NCBI GenBank assembly: GCA_016204255.1
Contig: JACQLA010000006.1
Span: 3,038-67,037 of the forward strand
Direction: 5' to 3'
Source: Candidatus Microgenomates bacterium
GTDB lineage: Bacteria; Patescibacteriota; Microgenomatia; JACQLA01
DNA length: 64,000 nt
Made by a program: the position numbers and the translations under genes
The notes under the pieces: generated by a model
The model's input: only the letters and a program-made list of their open reading frames with translations
Database searches by the model: none
Told to the model about the DNA's origin: nothing
Shown here: positions 27,379 to 37,078 of the stretch, in pieces
Numbering within the stretch: the first letter of the stretch is position 1
Layout: each line of letters begins with the position of its first letter

Positions 27379-28521
27379 TTGTCGCAAAATATGGGCATCC
27401 AGGAAAGATACTCTTTATCCAAAACACAAGAAGATCTAAGTCAAGTTGATAACCCAGCCAGACGGGAATTTTTGGGACAGTTAGTTAAATTTTTAGGTAC
27501 AGTCGCTCTTACCTCATCTTCGGCTACTATCGGCTCTAAGATCTCAGAATTTTTTGAAAGAGTCAGGGACAAAGAGGTACTTAAATCCTCCACTCCGCAA
27601 TTTGGTGTAAATATAAGACCGGAGGCTCTTCATTGGTTTGGTCTCGACCAAAAAGATGCCCTGGAAACACTTTTTACTCTGCCGGCGACGGAACGCTTAC
27701 GTATTGCCGTTCCGTTTGATCAAGTTGCTAAAACCGATGGCGGTTGGGACGTTAAAGTTCGGGAAAAGTTGATTGAAGAAACACTTGCCCAAGGGAAAGG
27801 AATCGATTTACAACTCGGGATTAAAACTATTGGCTGGCCAGAAGCACATCTCCCCGATTGGTTGGTTAATTATTTTCCTTATCTGGTGCAACGTGGAGAA
27901 ATACTAGATAAAGATCCACGTGTTCAGGAACTTTTTTTAGAGTACGTTGATCGCACAGCAGACTTTTACCTTCGATACCAAGGAATAAAGTCAGTTCAAG
28001 TTGAAAACGAAGTCGGTTCTAAACGTTTACCTATCACTAAGTATCGCCGTATTTCCATCGATTTTAATGAACGGGAGGTTACCGCCGTACGTAAATATAT
28101 ACAAAAACATCGGCAAGGGCAGATTCCTATTCTACAAAATTTTCCCTTCGATACACCGGAGGCCTGGCTGTATGTTTTAAGAAATAGCGATATCATCGGT
28201 CTTAATATTTATAACCAACAAGAAGGCGAGTCTGTCCCTGAGAATTTTCTGTGGGGGGCAGCGGATGTCGCATCAAGAATTAGTAGAATTTTAAAAAAAC
28301 AGGTTTTTATAACCGAGTTTCAGTCAGCCGCCTGGATTGATGAGAATAAAAAACCGGTTTATCCCTTTACCCCAGAAAAACGACAAGAGGGGCTACAAAA
28401 GATCGTCAAACTTAAACCCGATGCTATCTTGCTCTGGGATGTGGAACAACTGCTTTGGCGGACAAAAAATGGCGAGAAAGAGCATTTGGAATTTTTAAAT
28501 TCACTGCCGGAGGCGGCATAA
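27379..28521 (+). CDS. putative secreted clan GH-A (beta/alpha)8 glycoside hydrolase
   Basis: 380 aa. Tat-like RREFLGQLVKFLG signal, candidate acid/base QVENEVG and nucleophile VFITEFQ motifs. Family not assigned. Confidence 0.45.
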   Translation: MSQNMGIQERYSLSKTQEDLSQVDNPARREFLGQLVKFLGTVALTSSSATIGSKISEFFERVRDKEVLKSSTPQFGVNIRPEALHWFGLDQKDALETLFTLPATERLRIAVPFDQVAKTDGGWDVKVREKLIEETLAQGKGIDLQLGIKTIGWPEAHLPDWLVNYFPYLVQRGEILDKDPRVQELFLEYVDRTADFYLRYQGIKSVQVENEVGSKRLPITKYRRISIDFNEREVTAVRKYIQKHRQGQIPILQNFPFDTPEAWLYVLRNSDIIGLNIYNQQEGESVPENFLWGAADVASRISRILKKQVFITEFQSAAWIDENKKPVYPFTPEKRQEGLQKIVKLKPDAILLWDVEQLLWRTKNGEKEHLEFLNSLPEAA

Positions 28522-28528
28522 AATTGGT

Positions 28529-29356
28529 CTAAAGGAGCAACTGTTTCATCAATTTTGGTATTTCGTCTGCTAAATCTGAGGCATTAAAGTAATAACCGAC
28601 CCTTTTATAAAGCTCATCGCCGGCTTTTTTATTGATGTAAGAGGCCGAACAGGCCGCTAAAAATAAATCATTCTTACAGGCCAAAGCTGCGGCTAATCCT
28701 GCTAAGACATCTCCCGTACCACCCTTGGTCATTCCCGCATTGCCGCCCTCTATCAAGCGACAGGTTTGAGAATTGCAAACAACATCTACTTCTCCTTTTA
28801 AAAGGATTGTACAATCATATTTTTGCGCTATGACACTCACATTACTCTCTGTTGCCTCTATTTTGAAAAGAGTCTCAAACTCTTTTAAATGCGGGGTGAT
28901 TATGACGTTCCCGCCCAACTCTTTTAGCCGCTCCGGTTCAATAGTTTGCAAACTACCGGCATCAATTACCCATTTCTTCTCAGAAAAGCGTTTAAGAAGT
29001 CTTTCAGTTAGCTCCCGGGTTGGCTCTTCATTTCCCACCCTCCCCTCCTCTCGGGGCAAGCCGGGACCGATTAAAATTACATCTGACTCTTCAATATAAT
29101 CTTCCATCTTTTCGCGCGGCACGGCGATAAAATCGTAAAGATCGCTTTTTAACTTTTGCGTTAGTTCATTATTTTCGGGAGTTGAGGCGTAAAAAACCAT
29201 GTCACAAATTCGTGAAGCCACCTTTAGGGCCCAAAGAGAGGCCCCATGAAAAAGATGCGAGCCGCCAATAATCGTTAATTTCCCGTTTTGGCCTTTATGA
29301 GATTCTTTTATTGGTAAATAAAGCTTTTTAAGATCTTTAGAGTCAAATTTTTCCAT
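28529..29356 (-). CDS. nnrD: ADP-dependent NAD(P)H-hydrate dehydratase (YjeF C-terminal type)
   Basis: GGSHLFHGA, IGPGL and GGTGDVLAG motifs. The ORF-track start (29404) overlaps the upstream gene, so MEKFDSK at 29356 is preferred. Confidence 0.8.
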   Translation of the reverse strand: MEKFDSKDLKKLYLPIKESHKGQNGKLTIIGGSHLFHGASLWALKVASRICDMVFYASTPENNELTQKLKSDLYDFIAVPREKMEDYIEESDVILIGPGLPREEGRVGNEEPTRELTERLLKRFSEKKWVIDAGSLQTIEPERLKELGGNVIITPHLKEFETLFKIEATESNVSVIAQKYDCTILLKGEVDVVCNSQTCRLIEGGNAGMTKGGTGDVLAGLAAALACKNDLFLAACSASYINKKAGDELYKRVGYYFNASDLADEIPKLMKQLLL

Positions 29357-29900
29357 CACTGATTTTTGGAGTTTTAAGTAAAAGTATTGAACTAAGAAAG
29401 GCAAAGACTGACAAAAGAAACATGCACCATAAAAGAATTTGAAAGCCTAAAAATTGGGCGATTAAGCCGCCAGCAAAGGCGCTTAAACCCAAAGTCAAAT
29501 AATCAACTGCCTCCCATTCTCCCCAAGCTAAAGCTAAATGTCTTTTCCCGGCTAAAGAGAAAAGGGCATCGTAGGCCGGATCTTTTAAAGCCACTGCCAA
29601 GCCTAAAACAATCTGAACTATAAATAAAGATCGCGGTGAGTCAACAAAAAGATACCCAGCAGTTCCGATCATAGAGACTCCGTACCCCGCGATAATAAAT
29701 ACTTTCGGATATTTGATTTTATCTTCCCAAAATGCCAGAAGGAAAACTGCCGCCCCGGCTGCTAGCATGAAGAAAGCAAAGGCGCCTGAAGCATCGAGCA
29801 GATCACCTCCAATTTTACCAACAAAAAGCGCGTAAATTGGGCCTAAAAGTCCACCGGAAAGCAAAAAGAGGGCATCGCTGAGTAAAAGTATCTTTCTCAC
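29343..29900 (-). CDS. hypothetical 6-TM membrane protein (half-MFS-like)
   Basis: 185 aa, uniformly hydrophobic. ATGA-type overlap with recF. Confidence 0.45.
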   Translation of the reverse strand: MRKILLLSDALFLLSGGLLGPIYALFVGKIGGDLLDASGAFAFFMLAAGAAVFLLAFWEDKIKYPKVFIIAGYGVSMIGTAGYLFVDSPRSLFIVQIVLGLAVALKDPAYDALFSLAGKRHLALAWGEWEAVDYLTLGLSAFAGGLIAQFLGFQILLWCMFLLSVFAFLSSILLLKTPKISDGKI

Positions 29901-30934
29901 CTTAACCTCAATTCTATCATCTTTGCTTTTTGTTGGTAATCTTGCTCGATCAAATGTAAATCGGTAGCGGTAATAATTGTCTGCTGTTGAGGAATGATAT
30001 CAAAAACATATCGGCGATGCTTATGATCAAGTTCTGAAAATATATCATCCAACAGTAAAATTGGCCGCTCCCCGCATTTGCTGACCATAAATTCCAGCTC
30101 TCCCAATTTCAGCCATAAAACAGCTAAACGCTGTTCTCCTCTTGAGCCGTAAATTGCCAAATTTCGATTTTCAAACTCAAAAGAAAAGTCATCTCTTTGC
30201 GGACCAACTAGAGTCATTCCTGCCGCCACTTCTTCTTCGGCGTATTGAACTAGTCTTGCGGACGACATTAAGCTTTTATCATAAACAATTTTCCGTCCCG
30301 AATCACCATGATTATTTAAAAAATCTATAAACTCTTCTCTTTTTTGGGCCAAAACCGGCCCATTTTCCAAAAGAAGATCATCCCAATAAGCCATTTCCTC
30401 GGGCAAAACCCGCTCCCCTTCTTTTCTTTTAACTAAAAGCTTATTGCGCGTTCTTAGGGCCTTGGTGTAAGTTAAACTTGCTCGCCGGTATTCTTTATCA
30501 ATTTGTTCCAATACCGCATCTAAATAACCGCGGCGCGATGAGGGAGAACCGCCAATAAGTTCTAAGTCCTCGGGACTAAAAACTACCGCTTTTAAATTGC
30601 CAACAAAATCCAATCGCCGCCGGCCAATATTATTTAAAAGAAGTCGTTTTCCGATTACTTTCTCCCCGCCCAATTCACCCCGAGTTAAAGTTATCGCCAG
30701 AATCGCCTCTTCTGTTTTACCGGTTAAATGGGCCGTCTCGCAGAACCAGTTAACCATTTCTTTTTCTTTTTGGGCGCGGAAGCTTTTGGCTGAGGATAAA
30801 AGATAGATTGCCTCTAAAAGATTGGTTTTGCCGGCGGTGTTGGGACCAATAATAAGGTTTATTTCTGGAGAAAAATCAAAATGGGAGTTTTTATAACTGC
30901 GAAAGCCCGCAAGAGTAAGCGTTTTTAAGATCAT
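29897..30934 (-). CDS. recF: DNA replication and repair protein RecF
   Basis: 345 aa. Walker A GPNTAGKTNLLEAI, signature SRGEQR, Walker B LLLDDIFSELD. Confidence 0.85.
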   Translation of the reverse strand: MILKTLTLAGFRSYKNSHFDFSPEINLIIGPNTAGKTNLLEAIYLLSSAKSFRAQKEKEMVNWFCETAHLTGKTEEAILAITLTRGELGGEKVIGKRLLLNNIGRRRLDFVGNLKAVVFSPEDLELIGGSPSSRRGYLDAVLEQIDKEYRRASLTYTKALRTRNKLLVKRKEGERVLPEEMAYWDDLLLENGPVLAQKREEFIDFLNNHGDSGRKIVYDKSLMSSARLVQYAEEEVAAGMTLVGPQRDDFSFEFENRNLAIYGSRGEQRLAVLWLKLGELEFMVSKCGERPILLLDDIFSELDHKHRRYVFDIIPQQQTIITATDLHLIEQDYQQKAKMIELRLR

Positions 30935-31638
30935 TCATCATTATCTTCATTTATGACGGTTCCGATAAACTTCTTTCCCTTAAAAAAACTGTCTAGATTT
31001 TCAAAATTATCGCCTTTTAGAATTATAACCTTCAGTCCAATCTCATGCGCCAATTTTGTTGCCACCGGGTCAAAGGGAACATTTAACCCCGGGTCCCATT
31101 TATCACCAACAATTTGGTGAAAGTAGCGCCAACTCAGTTTCTCAATTGGTTTGGCTTCCGGATGCTTTTTAGGATCTTTTTCATAAACCATCGGTACGTC
31201 CGACATATTAACTAGAGTATTAATCTTATATTCTTTGGCCAAAACTGTAGCAATGTAATCTGTTGACCATCCTGGCTTCCAGCCAGCGGCCACCACCACC
31301 GGCTCGGTAGTAATTTCAACGTCGGAGGGGTCTTTAATGACCCGGATGTGGGCAATATCGCGGAAAATCGTTCGGATCAGATGAGCATTAAGGCGGGTCG
31401 CGTGAATCCCTAACCAGTCAATATCATCCCTGACTAAATTGCCGCCTATTTCTTGAGCGGCATTTTGATAAAAACGGGCAATTGATCCACCGCCAGTGAC
31501 AATAAAAAACCGCCAACCGGCGGTGACTTTTTGACGAATAAATTCATTAAACTTCTTAAGAAATTGAGTATTGATTCCTCCATTAGGGGCAATAAGAGAT
31601 CCTCCCAAAGATAAAACAACTGTTTCTTTTACAGACAT
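30931..31638 (-). CDS. pyrH: archaeal-type UMP kinase (amino-acid-kinase fold)
   Basis: 235 aa. LSLGGSLIAP, IVTGGGSIAR and GWKPGWSTD blocks resemble the short archaeal PyrH type. Confidence 0.7.
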   Translation of the reverse strand: MSVKETVVLSLGGSLIAPNGGINTQFLKKFNEFIRQKVTAGWRFFIVTGGGSIARFYQNAAQEIGGNLVRDDIDWLGIHATRLNAHLIRTIFRDIAHIRVIKDPSDVEITTEPVVVAAGWKPGWSTDYIATVLAKEYKINTLVNMSDVPMVYEKDPKKHPEAKPIEKLSWRYFHQIVGDKWDPGLNVPFDPVATKLAHEIGLKVIILKGDNFENLDSFFKGKKFIGTVINEDNDE

Positions 31639-31646
31639 GTTTACTT

Positions 31647-31673
31647 AAAAAACTGCTAGCCCCTACGGCTAGC
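31647..31673 (-). terminator. terminator-like hairpin plus U6 in the pyrH leader (candidate attenuator)
   Basis: Minus strand GCUAGCC-GUAGG-GGCUAGC (31673-31655), then AG UUUUUU (31652-31647). It ends 8 nt before the pyrH ATG (31638). Confidence 0.45.
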
Positions 31674-31839
31674 TTTAATGCGCAGCATTATACAAGCTGT
31701 AAACGAAGTATAATTCTCGCTTAACTATTTTAACACTTATTTCTATTCTGTCAAATATTTTTCCTAGAGAGGTCGGACCTCTTAAGGGAATTTGTTTTTT
31801 AAGGAGATCCGCTCCTAGGGCTTCTTTTAAAGCCTCTTT

Positions 31840-31932
31840 GTCATTTCGAAGGAGCGCTTAGCGACTGAGAAATCTAGCGAAGCGCACTGTCGTGCTAGAT
31901 TTCTCGCCCCGCTAAGCGGGGCTCGAAATGAC
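31840..31932 (+). repeat. nested-hairpin palindromic element, payload-less copy of the GIY-YIG cassette arms
   Basis: Layout: GTCATTTCGA - GGAGCGCTTAGCGACT - GAGAAATCT(AGC) - loop - (GCT)AGATTTCTC - GCCCCGC TAA GCGGGGC - TCGAAATGAC. Same architecture as 50039-50418. Confidence 0.65.
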
Positions 31933-31972
31933 GGACGAAATTATGGTCTTTGCTACCAGCTTTAGATATGTG

Positions 31973-32827
31973 TTACCTTTGGCACTTGGGACAGAAAAAG
32001 GTTCCGCGGCCGCCTAGGGAAATTCTTTTAACCACCCCGCCGCAACGATTAAAACAGACTTTACCAGTTTGCGCATAAACGCGGAAATGTTCCTGCATTG
32101 TCCCTTTCCCGCCCAAGGCGTTGACATAGGCGTTTTCGGATGAACCGCCGTATTTTATTCCCTCTTTTAAAACCAAAAGCAAACTTTCATAAAGTTTTTT
32201 AATTTGATCCTCATTAAGTTGATTTGCTAGTTTCTGCGGATGAATCCGGGATAAAAACAGCGCTTCATTGGCGTAAATATTCCCCACCCCGGCAATTTGA
32301 GATTGATCCATCAAAACAAGTTTCACCGGTTTTTTCTTTTTCAAAAGAATGCTTTTAAATTTTTCTAAAGTAAACTCTTTAGTAAACGGCTCGGGACCAA
32401 ACTCGGCCATAACTTTCAGTTTTTCAACTTCGTTAGTTTGAACAACCTTGATATAACCGAATTTCCGTACATCATTATAGAAAAGTTTTGATCCATTATT
32501 GAAGGTAAAAATAACATGAGTAGTACTGGCAGGAAGGGTTGCACCAGCAAAGGGTATTGGGTGACCAAAAGTTGCCAAATCACCATTTTTATGGAAAACC
32601 AGCTGCCCGGTGAGCTTTAAATGAACGATTAAACTTTTCCCGTTATCCAAGTCAAAGATCAAAATCTTGGCCCGGCGACGCAGATCTTTGATCTTTGTTC
32701 CTACAACATCCTTTTTCTCTCCCTGAAAAATCTTTGTTACTCTCACCTCCATATCGTCGATTTTTAAACCGGCGATTTTATTCTGCAAACCTAATCTTAT
32801 GGTTTCAACTTCCGGCAATTCAGGCAT
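31973..32827 (-). CDS. mutM: formamidopyrimidine-DNA glycosylase
   Basis: 284 aa. N-terminal MPELPEVE, H2TH region, C-terminal zinc finger CxxC...CPKCQ. Confidence 0.9.
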   Translation of the reverse strand: MPELPEVETIRLGLQNKIAGLKIDDMEVRVTKIFQGEKKDVVGTKIKDLRRRAKILIFDLDNGKSLIVHLKLTGQLVFHKNGDLATFGHPIPFAGATLPASTTHVIFTFNNGSKLFYNDVRKFGYIKVVQTNEVEKLKVMAEFGPEPFTKEFTLEKFKSILLKKKKPVKLVLMDQSQIAGVGNIYANEALFLSRIHPQKLANQLNEDQIKKLYESLLLVLKEGIKYGGSSENAYVNALGGKGTMQEHFRVYAQTGKVCFNRCGGVVKRISLGGRGTFFCPKCQR

Positions 32828-33011
32828 CGACCATCCCCTCCCCTACATCGGAACTAACTCTTGCGCTTAATGCCTGAGAGAAAGAAACAATTTCTAACTT
32901 TGCATCCGCCGGCCAACCACTACTTTCATCGCCGATCCAAAGTGTTCCATCCGCTAAATGGAGTTCACCACTATATTCAGATCTTCTTAGTCTATCTAAG
33001 TCTTTTTCCAT
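32820..33011 (-). CDS. possible small hypothetical protein
   Basis: 63-aa ORF that exactly fills the gap between the GT4 and mutM genes and overlaps both ends. Locally GC-richer. No family recognised. Confidence 0.3.
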   Translation of the reverse strand: MEKDLDRLRRSEYSGELHLADGTLWIGDESSGWPADAKLEIVSFSQALSARVSSDVGEGMVDA

Positions 33012-34102
33012 TCGTCCTCTATAAATTCTTTAATTTCTTTTTTAAATCTTTCCTTGGAAAATTTTTGGGCTTGAGCAATACAATCTTCGGGTTCAAAACT
33101 TAGTTGGTTGAACCGCTTTATAGCTTCAATCAAGCTTTCAACTTCTGGTTTATCAAAAAAAGTCCCTGTCTTTCCTTCCATCACCGATTCTACTACTCCG
33201 CCGGAACGTAAAGCAATCACGGGCTTTCCAAAAGACATGGCTTCAACCGGCGCAATGCCAAAATCTTCCTCCTCAGCGGGAAAAATAAAGGCCCGGCAAT
33301 TGGCTAAAAGTTCATTTTTCTCCTCATCGTTCACCTCACCTAAAAATTCTATTGTCGGACCGGCAAGTTTTTTTAACTCCTCACCATAACCAGCAAACAT
33401 CCGACCGAAAACCTTTAAGGGTAAACCCAATTTTGTACATGCAGCCACCGCTAAATCGATCCTTTTGGCTCTTGCCAACCGCCCACCGGTTAAAAAGTAA
33501 TTACCATTTGAACTTTTGATATGTTTCTCTTGTAATTCTACTGGCGGATAAATGACTTCAGCCTCTCGACGATAAAACTTTTTTATCCTTTGAGCGGTAT
33601 TTTGGGAATTAGCGATAAAACAATCAACCCTTTGGGCTGATTTAAAATCGACAAGGCGCAACAAATGATTGGCAATCTCCGCCGGAACCCTTATCCACCA
33701 ATGCCGTTTCCACTCCCTGGCCGTCGGTAAGCCGTAAAGATACCGTGGCGGCGTATGGCAATAACAAAAATGGCTCCCGGGTTTGGTTTTTACGAAATTA
33801 GGAGTGTATGCTCCGGTGGCAGAAACAATAACTAAATCGTATTCCGAAAGACTTAATCTTGCGAACATAATTGGAGCAATTAAACGCAGAAAACTCGTAA
33901 TTTTGGATAAAAATGGTGTCCAGTGAGGGAAAAGAGGTCTGATATCCCATTTTTCTATTCTTCCCCGATGTGGACCGAGGAATTCCGGCAGATAGAACAA
34001 AGCATAAATTGGAGCCTGCGGATAAATCTCGTGCAAGGCCTCTAAAACTCTTTCCGCTCCCCCATACTCTTTTAAATAATCATGGACTAATGCTGCTTTC
34101 AT
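32996..34102 (-). CDS. GT4-family (GT-B) glycosyltransferase
   Basis: 368 aa with the E-x7-E region EEDFGIAPVEAMSFGKPVIA typical of Glycos_transf_1. Confidence 0.85.
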   Translation of the reverse strand: MKAALVHDYLKEYGGAERVLEALHEIYPQAPIYALFYLPEFLGPHRGRIEKWDIRPLFPHWTPFLSKITSFLRLIAPIMFARLSLSEYDLVIVSATGAYTPNFVKTKPGSHFCYCHTPPRYLYGLPTAREWKRHWWIRVPAEIANHLLRLVDFKSAQRVDCFIANSQNTAQRIKKFYRREAEVIYPPVELQEKHIKSSNGNYFLTGGRLARAKRIDLAVAACTKLGLPLKVFGRMFAGYGEELKKLAGPTIEFLGEVNDEEKNELLANCRAFIFPAEEEDFGIAPVEAMSFGKPVIALRSGGVVESVMEGKTGTFFDKPEVESLIEAIKRFNQLSFEPEDCIAQAQKFSKERFKKEIKEFIEDEWKKT

Positions 34103-34815
34103 AGCTCTTCTATTTTCTTCAAAGTAACCTCCCGAAGTGATTCTACGATTAAATTTGCGCTTCTAATGAATTTTCGCACCCTTGGATTGGAATTAACCCC
34201 AATTACCTTCATTCCGGCTCGCTTGGCGGCGATTACCCCATTTTCGGCGTCCTCCAAAACTAGACATTCCGAAGGTAACACCTCCAGTCTTTGGGCACAA
34301 GCTAAAAAAATATCCGGATAAGGCTTACTATGTTTAACGTCCAAGCCGGAAACGATTACCTTAAAAAATTTCCTTAAAGTAAGTCGTGTTAAAAACTCTT
34401 CGACTTTCCTTTTCTGATGGCCTCCGGTGGCAATGGCTAAAATAAAACCGGATTGGTAAAATTTTTTCACTAAACTTTCGGCACCCGGCATAAGTTGTAG
34501 ATTTCTATCTAAAAGCGGATAAAGAGACTCCCAGCGTTTTTTGACAAAACCATCAATACTTTCCTTCAAACGAAACTGTTTGATAATAATTTCCGCTGTT
34601 TCCTGTTGCCCCCTACCTCTAATTTTTTCCCTTAAATGATTAGTATAGCTTATCCCCCAACGCGACATTAAAATTTTATCAGCCTGGACCCAAATTGGTT
34701 CAGAGTCAATCAAGAGACCATCAAGATCAAAAATTATGGCTTTAAATCGTCCATTTTCTCTCTGTTTCCCGCTTTTATTTAAACCAGACTGAAAAACAAC
34801 TGTTTCGCTCTTCAT
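34099..34815 (-). CDS. HAD-superfamily hydrolase (beta-phosphoglucomutase/phosphatase-like, subfamily IA)
   Basis: 238 aa. Motif I IFDLDGLLIDSE, a motif III Lys and a DAENG-type motif IV (LEDAENGVIAA). Confidence 0.8.
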   Translation of the reverse strand: MKSETVVFQSGLNKSGKQRENGRFKAIIFDLDGLLIDSEPIWVQADKILMSRWGISYTNHLREKIRGRGQQETAEIIIKQFRLKESIDGFVKKRWESLYPLLDRNLQLMPGAESLVKKFYQSGFILAIATGGHQKRKVEEFLTRLTLRKFFKVIVSGLDVKHSKPYPDIFLACAQRLEVLPSECLVLEDAENGVIAAKRAGMKVIGVNSNPRVRKFIRSANLIVESLREVTLKKIEEL

Positions 34816-35738
34816 CAGATTAATTTTAATTGATTGTCTTCGTTGGCCTTTTTTAATTTTTCTCTTGGTAAGACTTCTCCCTTTAGACGACCAATCAAAC
34901 TTTTAAACTCCAACCGTGTGAAAAGACCAATTACTTCTGGCCGATCAAATGGCTTTAATCGACAGTCTTCCAAATTAAATTTTACCTCCACATTGCACAC
35001 AATTTCGGCCAATTTTTTAGCCATCTCTACCTGCTTTTCATCCCGAGATAAGATTTTGGCCTGTCCTGCCGGCAGTTTATCTAAGTTTTTATAAAGATTC
35101 TCGATGCTTTCGTATTTTTGGAGCAAATCGCAGGCGGTTTTTGGCCCGATTCCCGAAACTCCGGGATAATTATCCGAAGGATCACCCACTAAGGCCTTAA
35201 AATCTACCCACTGCTTTGGTTTTAACCCATATTTTTCTTTAACCTGGCTTTCATCATAAAGAATCATCTGAGTAATTCCTTTAACAGGAGCCAATAACTT
35301 GACATGATTATTTACCAACTGCAGCATATCCCGATCCCCTGTTACGATAATTACTTCAACCTGATTTTTTACTTTTTTACTTAGGGTACCAATTAAATCA
35401 TCTGCCTCAAAGCCGGCCATTTCAAAAATCGGAATTTCCATCTCTTGTAAAACTTGCTGCAGGGTGCCAATTTGAGAAGAAAGCTCATCGGCCATTTGGG
35501 GCCTTTGAGATTGATAATCGGAATAGAGTTTTTGACGAAAAGTCGGTGCGGGCAAATCAAAAGTAACAGCAAGATATTTTGGTTTTAGATCCTGAACTAT
35601 ACGCAGAAGCATCGAACAAAAGCCAAAAACCGCTCCCGATTGTTCACCGCGGGAATTAGTTAATGGAGGAAGGGCATGAAAAGCCCGATGTAAAATAGCA
35701 TGGCCATCAATGAGGACTAACCGATTTTCCGTTTCCAT
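34815..35738 (-). CDS. stand-alone 5'-3' exonuclease / flap endonuclease (Pol I N-terminal-domain type)
   Basis: 307 aa. LIDGHAILHRAFHA, IVTGDRDMLQL and GVSGIGPKTA (H3TH) blocks. No polymerase domain attached. Confidence 0.9.
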   Translation of the reverse strand: METENRLVLIDGHAILHRAFHALPPLTNSRGEQSGAVFGFCSMLLRIVQDLKPKYLAVTFDLPAPTFRQKLYSDYQSQRPQMADELSSQIGTLQQVLQEMEIPIFEMAGFEADDLIGTLSKKVKNQVEVIIVTGDRDMLQLVNNHVKLLAPVKGITQMILYDESQVKEKYGLKPKQWVDFKALVGDPSDNYPGVSGIGPKTACDLLQKYESIENLYKNLDKLPAGQAKILSRDEKQVEMAKKLAEIVCNVEVKFNLEDCRLKPFDRPEVIGLFTRLEFKSLIGRLKGEVLPREKLKKANEDNQLKLI

Positions 35739-37035
35739 TCTTAACTGATTTTAACATATCACAATAAAGGGCCGGCGCCCATGTAAAGCCATTGGCACCA
35801 TAGCCTCGACCATTAAAAGGGTTGTGATACTCACGCGTAGCTTTTCCAAGATATCCGGCTCGAGCGGAAAGAACATCCGCCTCAATATTGCGACCATGCA
35901 TTCGAAGGCCCTCATGAAGCGCCCAAATAGTTGGTGCCCAAGAGCTTCCTCCCCACATAGTACCATCTCCTGTTCTAAAAGCAGCATCACTTACAGCTAC
36001 TGAGGGCACAGGATAAGGAGTCCAAAACTTATTCGGGTCAAAAATATCGCTAATCAGATTATCTACATCCTCTTCCTTTATCTTTCTTAAGAGCAGGGGG
36101 ATTAAAGAAGTAAAAGTTAGCGCTTCGGACATCACCTCTTCTCCTCTTCGGTCAGTATAAAGAGAATAAAAACCTCCATCCTTACCTCGACATTTAGCTA
36201 AAATCGCTTCTTCGGTTTTCTCAGCCAATTTTCCAAATTTTTGGCTTTCTTCTAATTCTTCGTTCTCAAGACAGAGTTGAGAAAGCGCTCGAAGACTTTG
36301 TGCTAGAAATGTGTTAACCAGCACATCTTCTACATTAAAATAATTTTTGGAAAAAATTTTTTCTAAATCGTATCCTGCAATCCGATTCCTCAATTCCACC
36401 CCAAAAGCGGCCTGAGCCATTTCCCGGCTGGCGGCGGTTTTTTTAAGACCTAAGGGGGGAGCATAAGCTGGGCTTAGGTCCAAACCCGTCTCATAGGGAG
36501 AGATATTAGAAATGAGCCCATCGTCATCAGGATCGCGATTTTCCAAAAGCCAAAGATAATATTTTTTAAGCTTCGGTAGCATTTCGTCTAGAAATTCCGG
36601 ATCTTTATCATTTTCGTAAACTCTTAAAGTTGCATAAGCTAAGATTGGCGGCTGAATCAATGCTGTGTGAGTAGGTGGATAAATTGTTTTACTTTGTACT
36701 GCTGCCCAAGCCGCGCTTCTCAAATCAACGCCTTCCCAAAAAATCACATGGGGTATGAAACCGTCTTCTTCTTAAACCGAAACTAACGTATGTAATTCTT
36801 TTTTAGCATGTTCTAGATTCAAATGAGAAAGGGCTATAGCGTGAAAACAGGAGTCCCAGAACCATTGAAAGTGGTATTTCTCAGGAGAAGGACACGTGTA
36901 GGCATATGGTAGTTTAAGCCGAGATGAGTATCCTTCGCGCCAATTCTCCGCAAAACGCCTTTCGGCATTCTGCATTACTCCTTCAATCTCATTTTCAAAA
37001 GGATATTTGAACCCATCAATTGCTTCTAGAAACAT
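35707..37035 (-). pseudogene. GH63/MGH1-like alpha/alpha-barrel glycoside hydrolase interrupted by one in-frame TAA
   Basis: ORFs 36772-37035 (..QWFWDSCFHAIALSHLN..HTLVSV*) and 35707-36747 are in the same frame. Reading through the TAA at 36774-36772 gives ..LVSV*EEDGFIPHVIFWEG.. with no other interruption. Confidence 0.7.
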
Positions 37036-37078
37036 GGGGAAATTTTATCACAAGAGTCAAAGGATTATCCTGCGGGGA

